64,000 bases of DNA from Minisyncoccota bacterium. Its GTDB lineage: Bacteria > Patescibacteriota > Minisyncoccia > JAHIHE01 > JAGLIN01. A program made the position numbers and the translations under genes. Below are positions 52,387 to 62,913 of this stretch, piece by piece (within the stretch, counting starts at the first letter, position 1; each line of letters begins with the position of its first letter). The stretch covers positions 392 through 64,391 of the forward strand of contig JAQVBZ010000006.1 of assembly GCA_028690055.1 (NCBI GenBank), written 5' to 3'. The notes beneath the pieces are model-generated. The model was not told the DNA's origin. It did no database searches and was given only the letters and a program-made list of their open reading frames with translations.

Positions 52387-53751
52387 TTATCCCCTCAATT
52401 CTTTCTCGTACAAAGAAGTATAATACATCACTTTATCCGGATAGAAGAGAAATCTCCGCCAATTGCCACCCGCCAGATACCTGCCTGCCGCCTCATATTC
52501 GGCGTTATAATCACCCGCCGTCACACCTTCTATTTGAGAAAGCTTGATAGCCATCGCAGCAATCGAGTCAGTCAGTGCCCAAGGATCAGCCGGAGAAGTC
52601 TTGGTGATGGCCGAGACCCGTTCACAATAACCTATCCAAGTAGTCGGCATCATCTGCGCCGGCCCCATAGCTCCTCCCCACCCGGAATAAGCCGAGGGTT
52701 TCCTGCTCACTGGCATAACATTGGGGTCATATCCCAATTCTTGCGTAATCGCTTCAAAAGTCGGCCGCTGGCTGGGATTCATATCCTCAGTATAGGTCCC
52801 TCCGCCCACGTTAGTTCCCAGCCCCGACTCCACCCTCAGCACACCAAGCAAGAAAGCGGGGCGTACCCCTGTCACCTCACCCACATACTGGGCAGCCGAA
52901 ATCGCATCGTCGAATTGGATATTACTGCCTAAACTCTGCAAATCACGCAATTCCGAACGCAATGACGGCAGCAGACTACGATTCTGAGCCACTAACGCTT
53001 GATATTTATCTTCCTCGCCACTCGTAATCTCCAACATCTCGTTCTTTTGCGCTTTCAAATTTTCCAATGAGGTATTCTGTTCATAGCGCATACTGATCAG
53101 ATTCTCATAAGTCTGCTGGTCTTCCTCCAGTGCCTGATTTCGATTATCCAAACTTTCCTTCTTTTGCTTTAATTCAATGACCGTCGCTAAAACCTTGTCC
53201 TGCACCGCTTTCACCGCACTGATTTCATTGAAGAAATCAGAGATGCTCTCCCTAGTTATCAATACTTCCAGTAAAGAATCGTCCTGATGAGAATAAAGAT
53301 TCTGCAAAAAACTCTTGAGAGCCGCCTTGTTTTCATCAATCCTTACCCGATCCTCCTCTATCTGGTTCTGCGCTCCTTCCATCTCCATCTCCGCACTTTC
53401 TATATTGAGTTTGGTCTCTCGGATTTCAAGCTGATTCTGCAAGATGTTGTTGTCAAAAATCGCGATTTCATTCTCCAGTGTATTGCCTTCCGTCCGCTTT
53501 GCCTTGCTGTCTGCCTGATACTTGGCAATATCGGCCTGAATCTTACTTATTTCCTCCTTTTTCTGATTAATCAGCTCCTGATTCGGAGCTGCTGCCGGAG
53601 TGGAGGCGAGAACAGAAGTGCCATTATCCTCAGCTTGGGACGTATTTCCACAAATTAGGAAGGATAAAAAACCAAAAAACAGAAAACCGCACAGCCACCC
53701 GGCCTTGCGGTTTTTGTTATATACGAACGATGTTTTATGGACAAAATTCAT
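52387..53751 (-). CDS. coiled-coil lytic murein transglycosylase
   Basis: signal/TM, long coiled coil, VESGLG and GGAMGPAQMMPTTW. Confidence 0.85.
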   Translation of the reverse strand: MNFVHKTSFVYNKNRKAGWLCGFLFFGFLSFLICGNTSQAEDNGTSVLASTPAAAPNQELINQKKEEISKIQADIAKYQADSKAKRTEGNTLENEIAIFDNNILQNQLEIRETKLNIESAEMEMEGAQNQIEEDRVRIDENKAALKSFLQNLYSHQDDSLLEVLITRESISDFFNEISAVKAVQDKVLATVIELKQKKESLDNRNQALEEDQQTYENLISMRYEQNTSLENLKAQKNEMLEITSGEEDKYQALVAQNRSLLPSLRSELRDLQSLGSNIQFDDAISAAQYVGEVTGVRPAFLLGVLRVESGLGTNVGGGTYTEDMNPSQRPTFEAITQELGYDPNVMPVSRKPSAYSGWGGAMGPAQMMPTTWIGYCERVSAITKTSPADPWALTDSIAAMAIKLSQIEGVTAGDYNAEYEAAGRYLAGGNWRRFLFYPDKVMYYTSLYEKELRG

Positions 53752-53785
53752 ATTTGTTTTTTCTCCTAAGAATTATCTCTACTTT

Positions 53786-54460
53786 TTATTTTTTCTCTGC
53801 TTTCTTCTCTGTGGCTGGAACTTCCTCTTCTTCCTTTACGGCACCTTCCACCTTACTGACGTTCTCTTCCGGCTTCTCTTCCAAATCTTCCATCTCCTCG
53901 TCGCTACGTTGAGGAACGACGCTCACAATCACATTTTCTTCTTCATCGAGAATTTCAACCTTGTCCGACAGAACCAAATCTTTTACTCTGATCATATCGT
54001 CAAGATGTTCAAGTTTACCCAAGTCGATTTCAATTTCTTGGATAAGGTCCTTAGGAAGGCATTTGATTTCCAACATATCCATGCTCTTCACCAGAATTCC
54101 ACCTTCATTCTTCTCAGCAGATGACTCACCGATGAAAACCAAATCCACATTCACGATCAACTTCTCAGTCATCTTGATTTTGTGAAAATCGAAATGGGTA
54201 ATTGCTCCGGTAAGCGGATCCACTTGATAGTCTTTGATAACCACGTTTCCGATTTCCTTGTCACCGATTTTGAGATCGATCAAGGTACTTTCTCCGGCTT
54301 CGTTCAGTGTGTTCAAAAATTCCTTTCTGCCCACCTTTATTGAAATGTTCTCAAAACCATGTCCATAGACTACGCCTGGAATAGAACCTTCCTCCAATAT
54401 CTTTTTTGCACTTGTTTCTTCCGCATTCCTGTTCTCTGCAGTAATTACCAACTTTTCCAT
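53786..54460 (-). CDS. rplY: 50S ribosomal protein L25/CTC
   Basis: IPGVVYG, QVDPL...HFDF, acidic tail. Confidence 0.93.
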   Translation of the reverse strand: MEKLVITAENRNAEETSAKKILEEGSIPGVVYGHGFENISIKVGRKEFLNTLNEAGESTLIDLKIGDKEIGNVVIKDYQVDPLTGAITHFDFHKIKMTEKLIVNVDLVFIGESSAEKNEGGILVKSMDMLEIKCLPKDLIQEIEIDLGKLEHLDDMIRVKDLVLSDKVEILDEEENVIVSVVPQRSDEEMEDLEEKPEENVSKVEGAVKEEEEVPATEKKAEKK

Positions 54461-54476
54461 AATTATATATTATATT

Positions 54477-54788
54477 TTAATTATCCTTTAGAAATTTATA
54501 CATCTCCAGCACGTCGTCACAACTGACCGCATCGCTACTGTTTATCTTCTCAAAATCTTCCTCAGTGATATCCGTCGGAATACTGATAGAAGTCACCCCC
54601 ATCGGCCCGGCCATCAGGAGCATCACCACCGAGCTTTTGCAGTGGCTGCAGTTCAGATAGATAGACAAAGACCCGTCATTCTTGTTTATGACTTTTATAT
54701 CGTCTTTTTTGTAACTTGCGCTGCACATCGGACATTTGGTCATTATTTGCAAGTTAGGCACAGAATTGGACTTTGACATAGCTTTCAA
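54477..54788 (-). CDS. zinc-ribbon hypothetical protein
   Basis: CPMC and CSHC pairs, DDVLEM. Confidence 0.75.
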   Translation of the reverse strand: MKAMSKSNSVPNLQIMTKCPMCSASYKKDDIKVINKNDGSLSIYLNCSHCKSSVVMLLMAGPMGVTSISIPTDITEEDFEKINSSDAVSCDDVLEMYKFLKDN

Positions 54789-55094
54789 ATTAGATAAATC
54801 AATGCTCTTTCTTCAATCTTGGGCTTAAGAAAGCCATTTATCGTTATCAGTGTGATACATAACATAATTCATATTATAGCATCCGAGACCCCCTGTCAAG
54901 AAAGAAGTCGGGGTGTATTGACCTTCCGAGCGGCTTATATTATAATTATTTTTTGTGCAAGAGGTGACGGAAACTCAATAATGTTTATCCGCCGCACAAA
55001 AAAAGAGAAAGATAAACAAAAATATAAAGGACAAAACCGGGAGGGAACGACCCGTGTTTTTGTTTACATTTTTTCGCAAAAATAAGCAAATGCA

Positions 55095-55200
55095 GGAGTT
55101 GCAGGTTTTAACTTGCGCGATTGTCACAAGCCGATAAATGCGACGTATAATTACCCCGCGCGCGCGTAGGATAGCAGCGCAGGTTAAAACCTGCTACTCC
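55095..55200. repeat. GTAG-type REPIN-like element
   Basis: ggagttgcaggttttaacttgcgc...gcgcaggttaaaacctgctactcc; shares the spacer tcacaagccgataaatgcg with the 40217 copy. Confidence 0.85.
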
Positions 55201-55221
55201 GCTTAAGGTACGGTTTTCCTC

Positions 55222-56526
55222 CTAAGAATGAGGTTTATTACCTTTCAATAATTCCCTCGCCACTTCCCTGTCGTCCCAAGGGATTTTTTTATCGCCAAAA
55301 ATCATAAATTGCTCACACCCCTTACCGGTAATGATGACTAAATCACCCGGGCGCGCCAACTCAAAAGCTTTACGCATCGCTTCTTTGCGATCTGTTATAC
55401 GGAAAAGATTTTCATCAAGTTTCTTATTCCTGATACCCGACATCATCTGATCGATAATATCTTCCACTTCCTCACTATACGGATCTTCATTGGTCACAAT
55501 CACGATATCGGCAAATTTATCCGCCAGCTCTCCGCCACGCGCTCGATAAGTCTTATCCCTGTCACCGGTCCCGCCCAGCACCGCAATCATTTTGCCTTTG
55601 GCGCGAGGGCGAAGTACGCTATAAACATTCTGCAAAGACTCCGGAGAATGAGCATAATCCACAATCACCTCGAAATCCTGCCCCTCGTCTATTTTTTCCA
55701 TCCGGCCGGGGATACCCCCTATCACTGCCAAATTTTTCACGATATCTTCCACAGGCACTCCCTCGGCCTGACAAGCCAGAATGGCCCCCAGTGCGTTATA
55801 GACGTTGAATTCACCCAGAAGCGGCAGGGTGACTTGATATTTATTTTCATGCATCAAGAGATCAAAAGATGAACCCGCCTCCCCGAGTTTAACATTTTCA
55901 GCACGAACCAAATCCATACCATCAAGATGTGAAATATCTTTGAGAGTGAAAACGATCTTCCTCAGGTCCCCCTTAAGAACCAAAAGCTCATGCGTATTAG
56001 GCTCGTCATAATTTATGATAAGATTTTTTGTGCCTTCTCCTATCAAACCGTAATGCGAACTTTTATAATTCTCGAAAGTTTTATGATAGTCAAGATGGTC
56101 GCTGGTAAGGTTGGTAACAATTACCGTCTGGAAATTGATCCCCCAATAACGTGACTGAACCATACCATGCGAAGACGCTTCCAAAATCGCATACTCGCAA
56201 CCGGCTTCCACGGCTTTATCCAGAAAATCTTGCACATAAGCCGCCGAAGGTGTCGTCAGTTTCACATCATTGAGCCATTTCTTCTTATCGATTTGGAAAT
56301 TGGCAGTAGAAAGCATCGCAACCTTATGCCCGCTGCCCTCTAGGATGCGCGCAATCATATTGGTTGTAGTGGTTTTGCCCTTGGTGCCGGCAACCGCGAT
56401 AATCTTGAGCTTGCGTGACGGAAAACCATACTTGTAGCTCGCATAAATCGCTTTAGCCTTATGGACAGAAAGAATGAGAGAATAAGGCACGATTTTTTTT
56501 GCAGCGCTCTTGATTTTATACATCAT
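55222..56526 (-). CDS. murE: UDP-MurNAc-tripeptide synthetase
   Basis: GTKGKTTT, EASSHG, DHLDYH, VDYAH, GDRDK, NEDP. Confidence 0.9.
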   Translation of the reverse strand: MMYKIKSAAKKIVPYSLILSVHKAKAIYASYKYGFPSRKLKIIAVAGTKGKTTTTNMIARILEGSGHKVAMLSTANFQIDKKKWLNDVKLTTPSAAYVQDFLDKAVEAGCEYAILEASSHGMVQSRYWGINFQTVIVTNLTSDHLDYHKTFENYKSSHYGLIGEGTKNLIINYDEPNTHELLVLKGDLRKIVFTLKDISHLDGMDLVRAENVKLGEAGSSFDLLMHENKYQVTLPLLGEFNVYNALGAILACQAEGVPVEDIVKNLAVIGGIPGRMEKIDEGQDFEVIVDYAHSPESLQNVYSVLRPRAKGKMIAVLGGTGDRDKTYRARGGELADKFADIVIVTNEDPYSEEVEDIIDQMMSGIRNKKLDENLFRITDRKEAMRKAFELARPGDLVIITGKGCEQFMIFGDKKIPWDDREVARELLKGNKPHS

Positions 56527-56530
56527 AATC

Positions 56531-59212
56531 TTATTTATTATATTTACCCTCTTTAATGAATATATATTTAATAGCCTCTATCATCAATACCGTAAAGAAG
56601 CCCGCGGTCACGATCACTTCCCATTCGCCGAGTCCCAAAGCCTTAGTTTCCAAGATGTTCTGAAAGAAAGGGACATAGATTGCGACTAACTGCAAAGAGA
56701 AGGCTAGTGCCAACGCCACAATCAAGTATGGATTGGAGAAAGGATTCTGTTTGAAAATAGAACGGCGCAACGAACGTAGGCTGAATACATAAATCAGAGA
56801 ATCAACAGCCAAGAGGGAAAATACGACGGAGCTGGCCAGACGGAAATCGCCGGTAGAGGAGTTTATATATTCGAAGATGATTAGCGCGACAACGCCGGAT
56901 ATCATACTGATGACAATCACAAGTGTTTTCATCTCGGTATTAAGCAATGGCTCGTTCTTCTTGCGCGGTTTTTGTTGCATCACGCCTTCCTCCTCGGGTT
57001 CCTGTGTCAGAGCGACATTCGGCAAACCATCGGTAATCAGATTAATCCATAATATCTGCGCCGCCGTGAGTGGCATCGCCGTTCCTATCAAAAGACTGCC
57101 CCCCACGATAATGACTTCGCTGAAACTGTCCGAAATAAGATATAAAACTACTTTTCTGATATTATCAAAGATGGCCCTACCCTGTCGGATGGCGACAATG
57201 ATGGTTTTAAAATTATCATCCAGTAGCACAAGGTTGGCCGTCTCTTTGGCGACTTCCGTGCCGCTGCCAAGCGCGATACCGATATCAGCTTTCTTGAGAG
57301 CCGGTGCATCATTCACCCCGTCTCCCGTCATTGCCACCACTTCACCGCGCGTCTGCCAAGCCTCCACGATACGCAGCTTGTGTCGCGGTGAAACGCGGGC
57401 ATAGACTTTGATTCTTGATACGATGCTACTAAAATCCTTAGTACTCATACGATCCAGCTCCACCCCCTCAAGAATATTTTCTTTCTCTACCTTCATTCCC
57501 AGTTCATTGGCAATCGCCTTGGCGGTCAAGGGATTATCCCCCGTAATCATAATTGTCCGGATACCCGCCTCTTTAGCTGTATCCAATGTGGATTTGGCTT
57601 CTTCGCGAAGTGGATCCTTGAGTGCGATCAGACCTACCAAAACCAAATTATTCACGATATCTTCTTCATTGCTCTCTTTGCAGAGCGGAACCATTTTTTT
57701 GTCCGTTTTACGGAAGGCCACACCCAAGACCCGCAACCCCTCTCTACTCATATCCTCCTGTTTCTGTCGCATCCGTCGCAGATCGTCTTCGTTCATTTCT
57801 CTCGTTTTTCCCTTAACAAAAATGTGTCGCGAACGATTGATGATTTCTTCCGCCGCGCCTTTTACGTAGATATAATATTCTTCGCCCTCTTTATTGAGAG
57901 TCGCCATCAATTTCCGGTCCGAGCTGAAGGGAATTTCGTTGATCCTCACAGACTCTTTCTTAAGGGTTATCGGAGAGAAACCCGCACAAAGACCCGCCCA
58001 CAAGAACGCTTTCTCTGTATATTCTCCGTGAATAACCCAGTCTTCGAATCCCGCCGCAGGATTTTCTATTACCGCGTCGTTACAGAGCATCCCTATTCTA
58101 AGAGCAACCATATGCTCCCCCTCTTCTTCGATTTTCTTTTTCCTGACACCCTTGCTGTTATTATTTACAACAAAGAAGGAATCCAACATCACGATATGAT
58201 CGATTTGCATAGTACCTTTGGTCAGTGTCCCCGTCTTGTCGGTGCAGATAGTACTCACACTCCCCAGAGTCTCCGCCGCCACCAGCTTGCGGACCAATGA
58301 ACCGTTCTTTAAAATCCGCTGCATCCCGACTGCCAGAATAATAGTCACTGCCACTAGCATCCCTTCCGGAATGGCAGCTACTGCCATAGCTACGGCCGTC
58401 GTGAAAATCTCCAAGAAAGGAATGCCGCGAAACAGCCCTATTGCCATAACAACGATTAAAATCACAAGAGTAACCTTGCCGAAATATTTGCTGAACTTTG
58501 TAAGCTCTATTTGTAAGGGGGTATCAGCATCCTCAGTCTTATCCAGTAAATCGGCAATCTGTCCGAATTTGGTGTTGAGGGCTATATTAGTGATTACCGC
58601 CAGCCCGCGGCCTTTCACGACGGAAGAACCCATATATATCATATTTCTCTTACTTTCCCCTTCTTGATCCAACCCTTTGACAATCTTTTGGATAGGCGCT
58701 GATTCCCCTGTTAAAACCGCCTCGTCTATTTCCATCTCATAAGTTTCCAATACTCTTCCGTCTGCCGGTACCCGTCCGCCGGATTTGAGTACGACGATAT
58801 CTCCTACGGTAACGTCCGTCGTATCAATCTCTTTCTCGATACCGTCACGGATGACATAGGTCTTGTGCGCCACGACACTGCTGAGCGCCGCGAGCGCCGT
58901 CTCGGCCTTAACTTCCTGGACAAAACCCACGATGGTATTGAGAAAAACTGCGAATAGAATTACCCAAACATCAATATATTCCCTAAGTAAAAATGAAATC
59001 ATCGCAGCAATGAGTAGGATGTAAACCATCGGGCTCTTGAATTGCGACAGCGCTACCCCCAGATAGGTAAAACTTTTCTTTTCCGGCAATTTGTTTTTTC
59101 CGAATTTAGCGATTCTTTTTTGCGCTTCCTTTTCCGAAAGCCCTGTTTTGGAAGTTTTTAGCTCCTTGACCACTTCCTGCATACTTAAACTATGCCAATC
59201 TTTGTTTTGCAT
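56531..59212 (-). CDS. P-type cation-transporting ATPase (Ca2+-type, P2A)
   Basis: TGES, IPEG, DKTGTLT, TGDGVNDAPAL, QILWINLITDGLP. Confidence 0.93.
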   Translation of the reverse strand: MQNKDWHSLSMQEVVKELKTSKTGLSEKEAQKRIAKFGKNKLPEKKSFTYLGVALSQFKSPMVYILLIAAMISFLLREYIDVWVILFAVFLNTIVGFVQEVKAETALAALSSVVAHKTYVIRDGIEKEIDTTDVTVGDIVVLKSGGRVPADGRVLETYEMEIDEAVLTGESAPIQKIVKGLDQEGESKRNMIYMGSSVVKGRGLAVITNIALNTKFGQIADLLDKTEDADTPLQIELTKFSKYFGKVTLVILIVVMAIGLFRGIPFLEIFTTAVAMAVAAIPEGMLVAVTIILAVGMQRILKNGSLVRKLVAAETLGSVSTICTDKTGTLTKGTMQIDHIVMLDSFFVVNNNSKGVRKKKIEEEGEHMVALRIGMLCNDAVIENPAAGFEDWVIHGEYTEKAFLWAGLCAGFSPITLKKESVRINEIPFSSDRKLMATLNKEGEEYYIYVKGAAEEIINRSRHIFVKGKTREMNEDDLRRMRQKQEDMSREGLRVLGVAFRKTDKKMVPLCKESNEEDIVNNLVLVGLIALKDPLREEAKSTLDTAKEAGIRTIMITGDNPLTAKAIANELGMKVEKENILEGVELDRMSTKDFSSIVSRIKVYARVSPRHKLRIVEAWQTRGEVVAMTGDGVNDAPALKKADIGIALGSGTEVAKETANLVLLDDNFKTIIVAIRQGRAIFDNIRKVVLYLISDSFSEVIIVGGSLLIGTAMPLTAAQILWINLITDGLPNVALTQEPEEEGVMQQKPRKKNEPLLNTEMKTLVIVISMISGVVALIIFEYINSSTGDFRLASSVVFSLLAVDSLIYVFSLRSLRRSIFKQNPFSNPYLIVALALAFSLQLVAIYVPFFQNILETKALGLGEWEVIVTAGFFTVLMIEAIKYIFIKEGKYNK

Positions 59213-59462
59213 TTTTTATTCTTATAGTTAGCCTGTTTTCATATTAATTATAAGGGATAATGCGATAATTGTGAAATTTAGAAAACACAAACCCTCCGAA
59301 TTGAGAGAAAAAGACACAAAATATTGTGCCCTTACCCAGCCCTCTCTTTCTTTGTCTGTCATAAGGACAGTCCTTACAGTACCAAAAGGACCGTCCTTCC
59401 TGTATCTTATTAGTCTATCTCTCTGTATTATGCAAAGATAAGAATCGAAAGCATCGCTTCCC

Positions 59463-59579
59463 GTAGAGACGCAATATTTTGCGTCTTTGATTTTACAGCA
59501 ATGCAATATCTTACTTCTCCGATTTACACCAAAAAAAGGTTTACTCGCATTCAAAAGACACATAATTATGCGTCCCTAC
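59463..59579. repeat. GTAG REP doublet (REPIN-like); related solo copies at ~59312-59335 and ~52336-52360
   Basis: gtagagacgcaatattttgcgtct ... agacacataattatgcgtccctac. Confidence 0.75.
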
Positions 59580-59713
59580 AAATCTAAAACGTCATGGAAA
59601 CGATCCAAAGACCGATTTTGTTAACATTAAAAGGATAGTGCTAAATTCAAAACCCAAAGCCCCTTTCCCCGTGGAAAGGCAGTCATTCTCCGGAAGTACT
59701 AAAAATATATTTA

Positions 59714-60472
59714 TTATGTTTTTCTTCTCCTTATTTCCCATCCTCTCCAAGTATATAAAATTAAAGATATGAGGACGCACCAGGAAAGTACCCACTGTGT
59801 CGCAGTCATACCGTAAAATCGCACATCGCAAACACTCAAATCATCGCACCGCAAGAAATCGACGCCCAGACGGAAAACCGCGTATGCTATAAAAAAGGTC
59901 ATAAAAATATATCCATCGCGCTTCGGTTTCGCTTTCAATTTATATACCGCACCTAGCATAAATATCAGAAATATTATCTCATAGAGCGTGACCGGATGGC
60001 GGAAACTGCCATCCGCAAACTCCATTCCCCAGGGCAGCGTAGTAATCCGACCGATGTGATCACTGATCAGAAAACATCCGACGCGCGTAGAGATAAGCGC
60101 AACGATAAAGCCGGGGGCCAGAAGGTCAAAAACTTTTCTAAAATCTTGTTTCTTGCTTTTCAAATAAAACAAGCTCAAAGTTCCAGCCAGAATTGCGCCG
60201 CCTGTGAAAGAAAAACCACCATGGACATCGATCAAGACCGCAAGATTTTTTCCCGGATTCGAAAGAATATAAAAAATCCGCCCGCCCACAATCATCCCCA
60301 AAAAAGCCAGGATAATCACGTCCCAGATTACTTCATCGGAAATATCAGCTTTGTGCGCCTCCTTCAGAGAGACTGTCAGAGCTGCGAAAACACCGACAGC
60401 GACAAAAAAACCCCAGACTTGTATAGTGATAGCGCCTATGACAATAGAGCTTAGCGAAAGATAGGGAAACAT
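59714..60472 (-). CDS. lgt: prolipoprotein diacylglyceryl transferase
   Basis: GGRIFY, GGFSFTGG, RVGCF, HPVTLYE, R...DFLR. Confidence 0.9.
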   Translation of the reverse strand: MFPYLSLSSIVIGAITIQVWGFFVAVGVFAALTVSLKEAHKADISDEVIWDVIILAFLGMIVGGRIFYILSNPGKNLAVLIDVHGGFSFTGGAILAGTLSLFYLKSKKQDFRKVFDLLAPGFIVALISTRVGCFLISDHIGRITTLPWGMEFADGSFRHPVTLYEIIFLIFMLGAVYKLKAKPKRDGYIFMTFFIAYAVFRLGVDFLRCDDLSVCDVRFYGMTATQWVLSWCVLISLILYTWRGWEIRRRKT

Positions 60473-60533
60473 AAATATTTGACAAATTATAAAATTATGT
60501 TAAAGTCATACTCAAGTCAAGGGAGATGGCATT

Positions 60534-60923
60534 ATGGTAAAAAGTAATAATATCAAAATAGACATAAAAAGAGCAGCGGCTCTCATAAGATACTTTGGGG
60601 TAACTACCTCAAGAGTACTGGTTCAGATTGCAGAAGAGGGATATCCCGCCAAGCTAACCGTCGTAATAGGAATCAGATCGTTTCGTATCCGTCTGGTAGC
60701 ATCTCCAGCCGGAGAAAAAATATACTCAATAAAAAGAGAGGGTACAGGCAGAAGCATAAGCGTAGGTATCTTAACCTCTTCTCCACTAAAAAACAATTCA
60801 ATTTGTTTTTTTTATTTTGTCTCTTCGCAATTTCCGATGATAGCCGATGGCGAACCGATGAGACTCGTCGCGGACTTTTTTGATAAGTTCGACATCGGGA
60901 AATATAAAGCTCTTGGGACCTGA
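60534..60923 (+). CDS. antisense orphan ORF, 3' part overlaps uvrC
   Basis: promoter TTGACA-16-TAAAGT from 60479 and AAGGGAG RBS. Confidence 0.4.
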   Translation: MVKSNNIKIDIKRAAALIRYFGVTTSRVLVQIAEEGYPAKLTVVIGIRSFRIRLVASPAGEKIYSIKREGTGRSISVGILTSSPLKNNSICFFYFVSSQFPMIADGEPMRLVADFFDKFDIGKYKALGT

Positions 60924-62027
60924 GAAAAAAAGCTTCTCACCTTTTCGGTCCGGACCTTTGGCAATACCCACGATAGGAATTTCCAAACCATGTTTTTTCA
61001 AGACGGTCTTAGCGGCATTGGTCTGTGTGATGCCACCGTCCATCACGATAACATCTGGCAGCTGCCAGTCGTGACCGTTGCCGAATCTCCTCTCCAAAAC
61101 CTCGCGCATCATCGCCGGGTCATCGGATCCCTCGACGGTCTTGATCTTGAATTTACGATATTCATCCTTATCGGACCTGCCGCGGCGAAACACCACCATC
61201 GAACCCACCGCATCCTCGCCGCTGATGTGAGAGATATCATACCCTTCGATACGCTCGAAAGTGCCCGCGTTGTCATCCAGGAGCAAATCCTCTTTACGAA
61301 TAAAAGCTGTGTCGCGGATATGCCTGAGTGCGAAAATCTGGTCGCGCATTGTCGCCGCTTTCTCGTATTCATTTTCCCGAGCCGCAGATTGCATCTCTTT
61401 TTCCAGCTTTTTGATAATTCCTGATTTTTTGCCCTCCAAAAAAGACTTGATATATGAAATGATTTTGGCGTAATCCTTCTGCGAAATATCCCCCGTTTTC
61501 CCCGAGTTGTAACCCTTGATATAATATTGACGATACAAACCGGAAGTTGCGCCGAAATCGCCGCGCCGAGAGAATACTTTTACCAGGAAATCAATAACTT
61601 TCCCTGCATCATATTTGCTAACATAAGGACCGAAGATATATTTGGCCTTTTCTTTTTTCTCGTCCGTCGCACGCACGATAAGCACACGCGGATATTTCTC
61701 ATCAGTAATGATAATATTAACAAAATATTTATCATCTTTGAGCTTGATGTTGTAATAAGGCTTATGAAGATTGATAAGGTTAGCCTCCAGAATAAGCGCC
61801 TCCATCGCACTGTCGGTATCTTTATAATCAATACTCTTTATATCGCCGACTAATTTCTCCGTCTTGGCACTTAAGGCACGATTAAAATACGACCCGACTC
61901 TTTTTCGGAGTGATGTCGCTTTGCCGATGTAGATAATTTCCTCCTCCTCGTTCTTCATGATATACACCCCGGGAGAATCGGGAAATCTCTTGACCACCTC
62001 TTTTATTTTTGCATCATACAGAGTCAT
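60798..62027 (-). CDS. uvrC: excinuclease UvrC, compact form without C-terminal HhH
   Basis: PGVY...YIGKA GIY-YIG domain, UVR domain, EGYDISH, MDGG, RDESHRFA. Confidence 0.9.
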   Translation of the reverse strand: MTLYDAKIKEVVKRFPDSPGVYIMKNEEEEIIYIGKATSLRKRVGSYFNRALSAKTEKLVGDIKSIDYKDTDSAMEALILEANLINLHKPYYNIKLKDDKYFVNIIITDEKYPRVLIVRATDEKKEKAKYIFGPYVSKYDAGKVIDFLVKVFSRRGDFGATSGLYRQYYIKGYNSGKTGDISQKDYAKIISYIKSFLEGKKSGIIKKLEKEMQSAARENEYEKAATMRDQIFALRHIRDTAFIRKEDLLLDDNAGTFERIEGYDISHISGEDAVGSMVVFRRGRSDKDEYRKFKIKTVEGSDDPAMMREVLERRFGNGHDWQLPDVIVMDGGITQTNAAKTVLKKHGLEIPIVGIAKGPDRKGEKLFFSGPKSFIFPDVELIKKVRDESHRFAIGYHRKLRRDKIKKTN

Positions 62028-62190
62028 ATAAATAAAATCTACGAGATTATACTATTAAACTGAAAAATATGTTTTTCATCTTTCCAACGTTTTGTGCCAT
62101 TCCCTCCTGCGCCGGAATTGTTCAGTTTGAATAATTAAATGACAATTTTAATTAGATAAATGCTTTAGCGGTTAAGAACCGAATATATTA

Positions 62191-62330
62191 TGTCATTTCA
62201 AAATGAGGTACTCCGATTGAGAAATCTAGGCAAGATATCGCAACGATAATAAAGTTATCTTTATAAATAACATTCACATCCCTGGTACATTTCCCAGATC
62301 CCTCAGGCGGGTACACCATTCGGGATGACA
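62191..62330. repeat. TGTCAT-family element (extra solo arm at ~62380-62401)
   Basis: left arm is near-identical to 852-892; right arm ttcccagatccctc...ttcgggatgaca. Confidence 0.85.
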
Positions 62331-62646
62331 AATTATGGGGAGTGTCTGCTTCAATTAATGCTTTGTTGTCAATGAATTATCCAGCCTGTATGGGAATGAC
62401 AGCTATAAAGAGTCAAAAAGTCCATCGCTGGACTTTTTATAAAATTTCAAAACTGAATATTTCCCAAGAAGCAAAACGGGTATTTTACATTTACTGACCC
62501 TCTCCCGATGGGAGAGGGGACGTGCTAAGAATTTCTGTGAATTAACTCTGTGACCGAATACGTATAATACGGGGAATTCTTATCGCAGATTCCTTAAACA
62601 TTGCTTCCGACTTCAAATACTCACTGAGAACCGATTTGTTCCGACA

Positions 62647-62862
62647 TTATAAATCGATTTTCAACTTGGAGTATTTATCTACTTTAATTGCCAAGACCAA
62701 AGAGGTTATACCGGCGATTACAGTCAGCGTGCCGACTAGAATCCCCAAAAGGTCGGGATAAATAATCACTAAAACGCCGACAACGATAGCCAATATTCCT
62801 TCCATGGCGAGTACCCAGACGATGTTCTTCATAAACCGGGAAACGATTTCGATTTGTTGCAT
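62647..62862 (-). CDS. small two-TM membrane protein
   Basis: 71 aa, GILAIVVGVLVIIYP hairpin. Confidence 0.7.
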   Translation of the reverse strand: MQQIEIVSRFMKNIVWVLAMEGILAIVVGVLVIIYPDLLGILVGTLTVIAGITSLVLAIKVDKYSKLKIDL

Positions 62863-62913
62863 AAGCGAAAATTATCTTATTATTTTTCTATTATAGCACC
62901 TTTCGAAGAAAAA

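Noticed and set aside
54825-54872. Possible leader peptide MNYVMYHTDNDKWLS ahead of the zinc-ribbon/rplY genes
   Set aside because: The ATG abuts the -10 box and is probably not transcribed; there is no codon run and no terminator.
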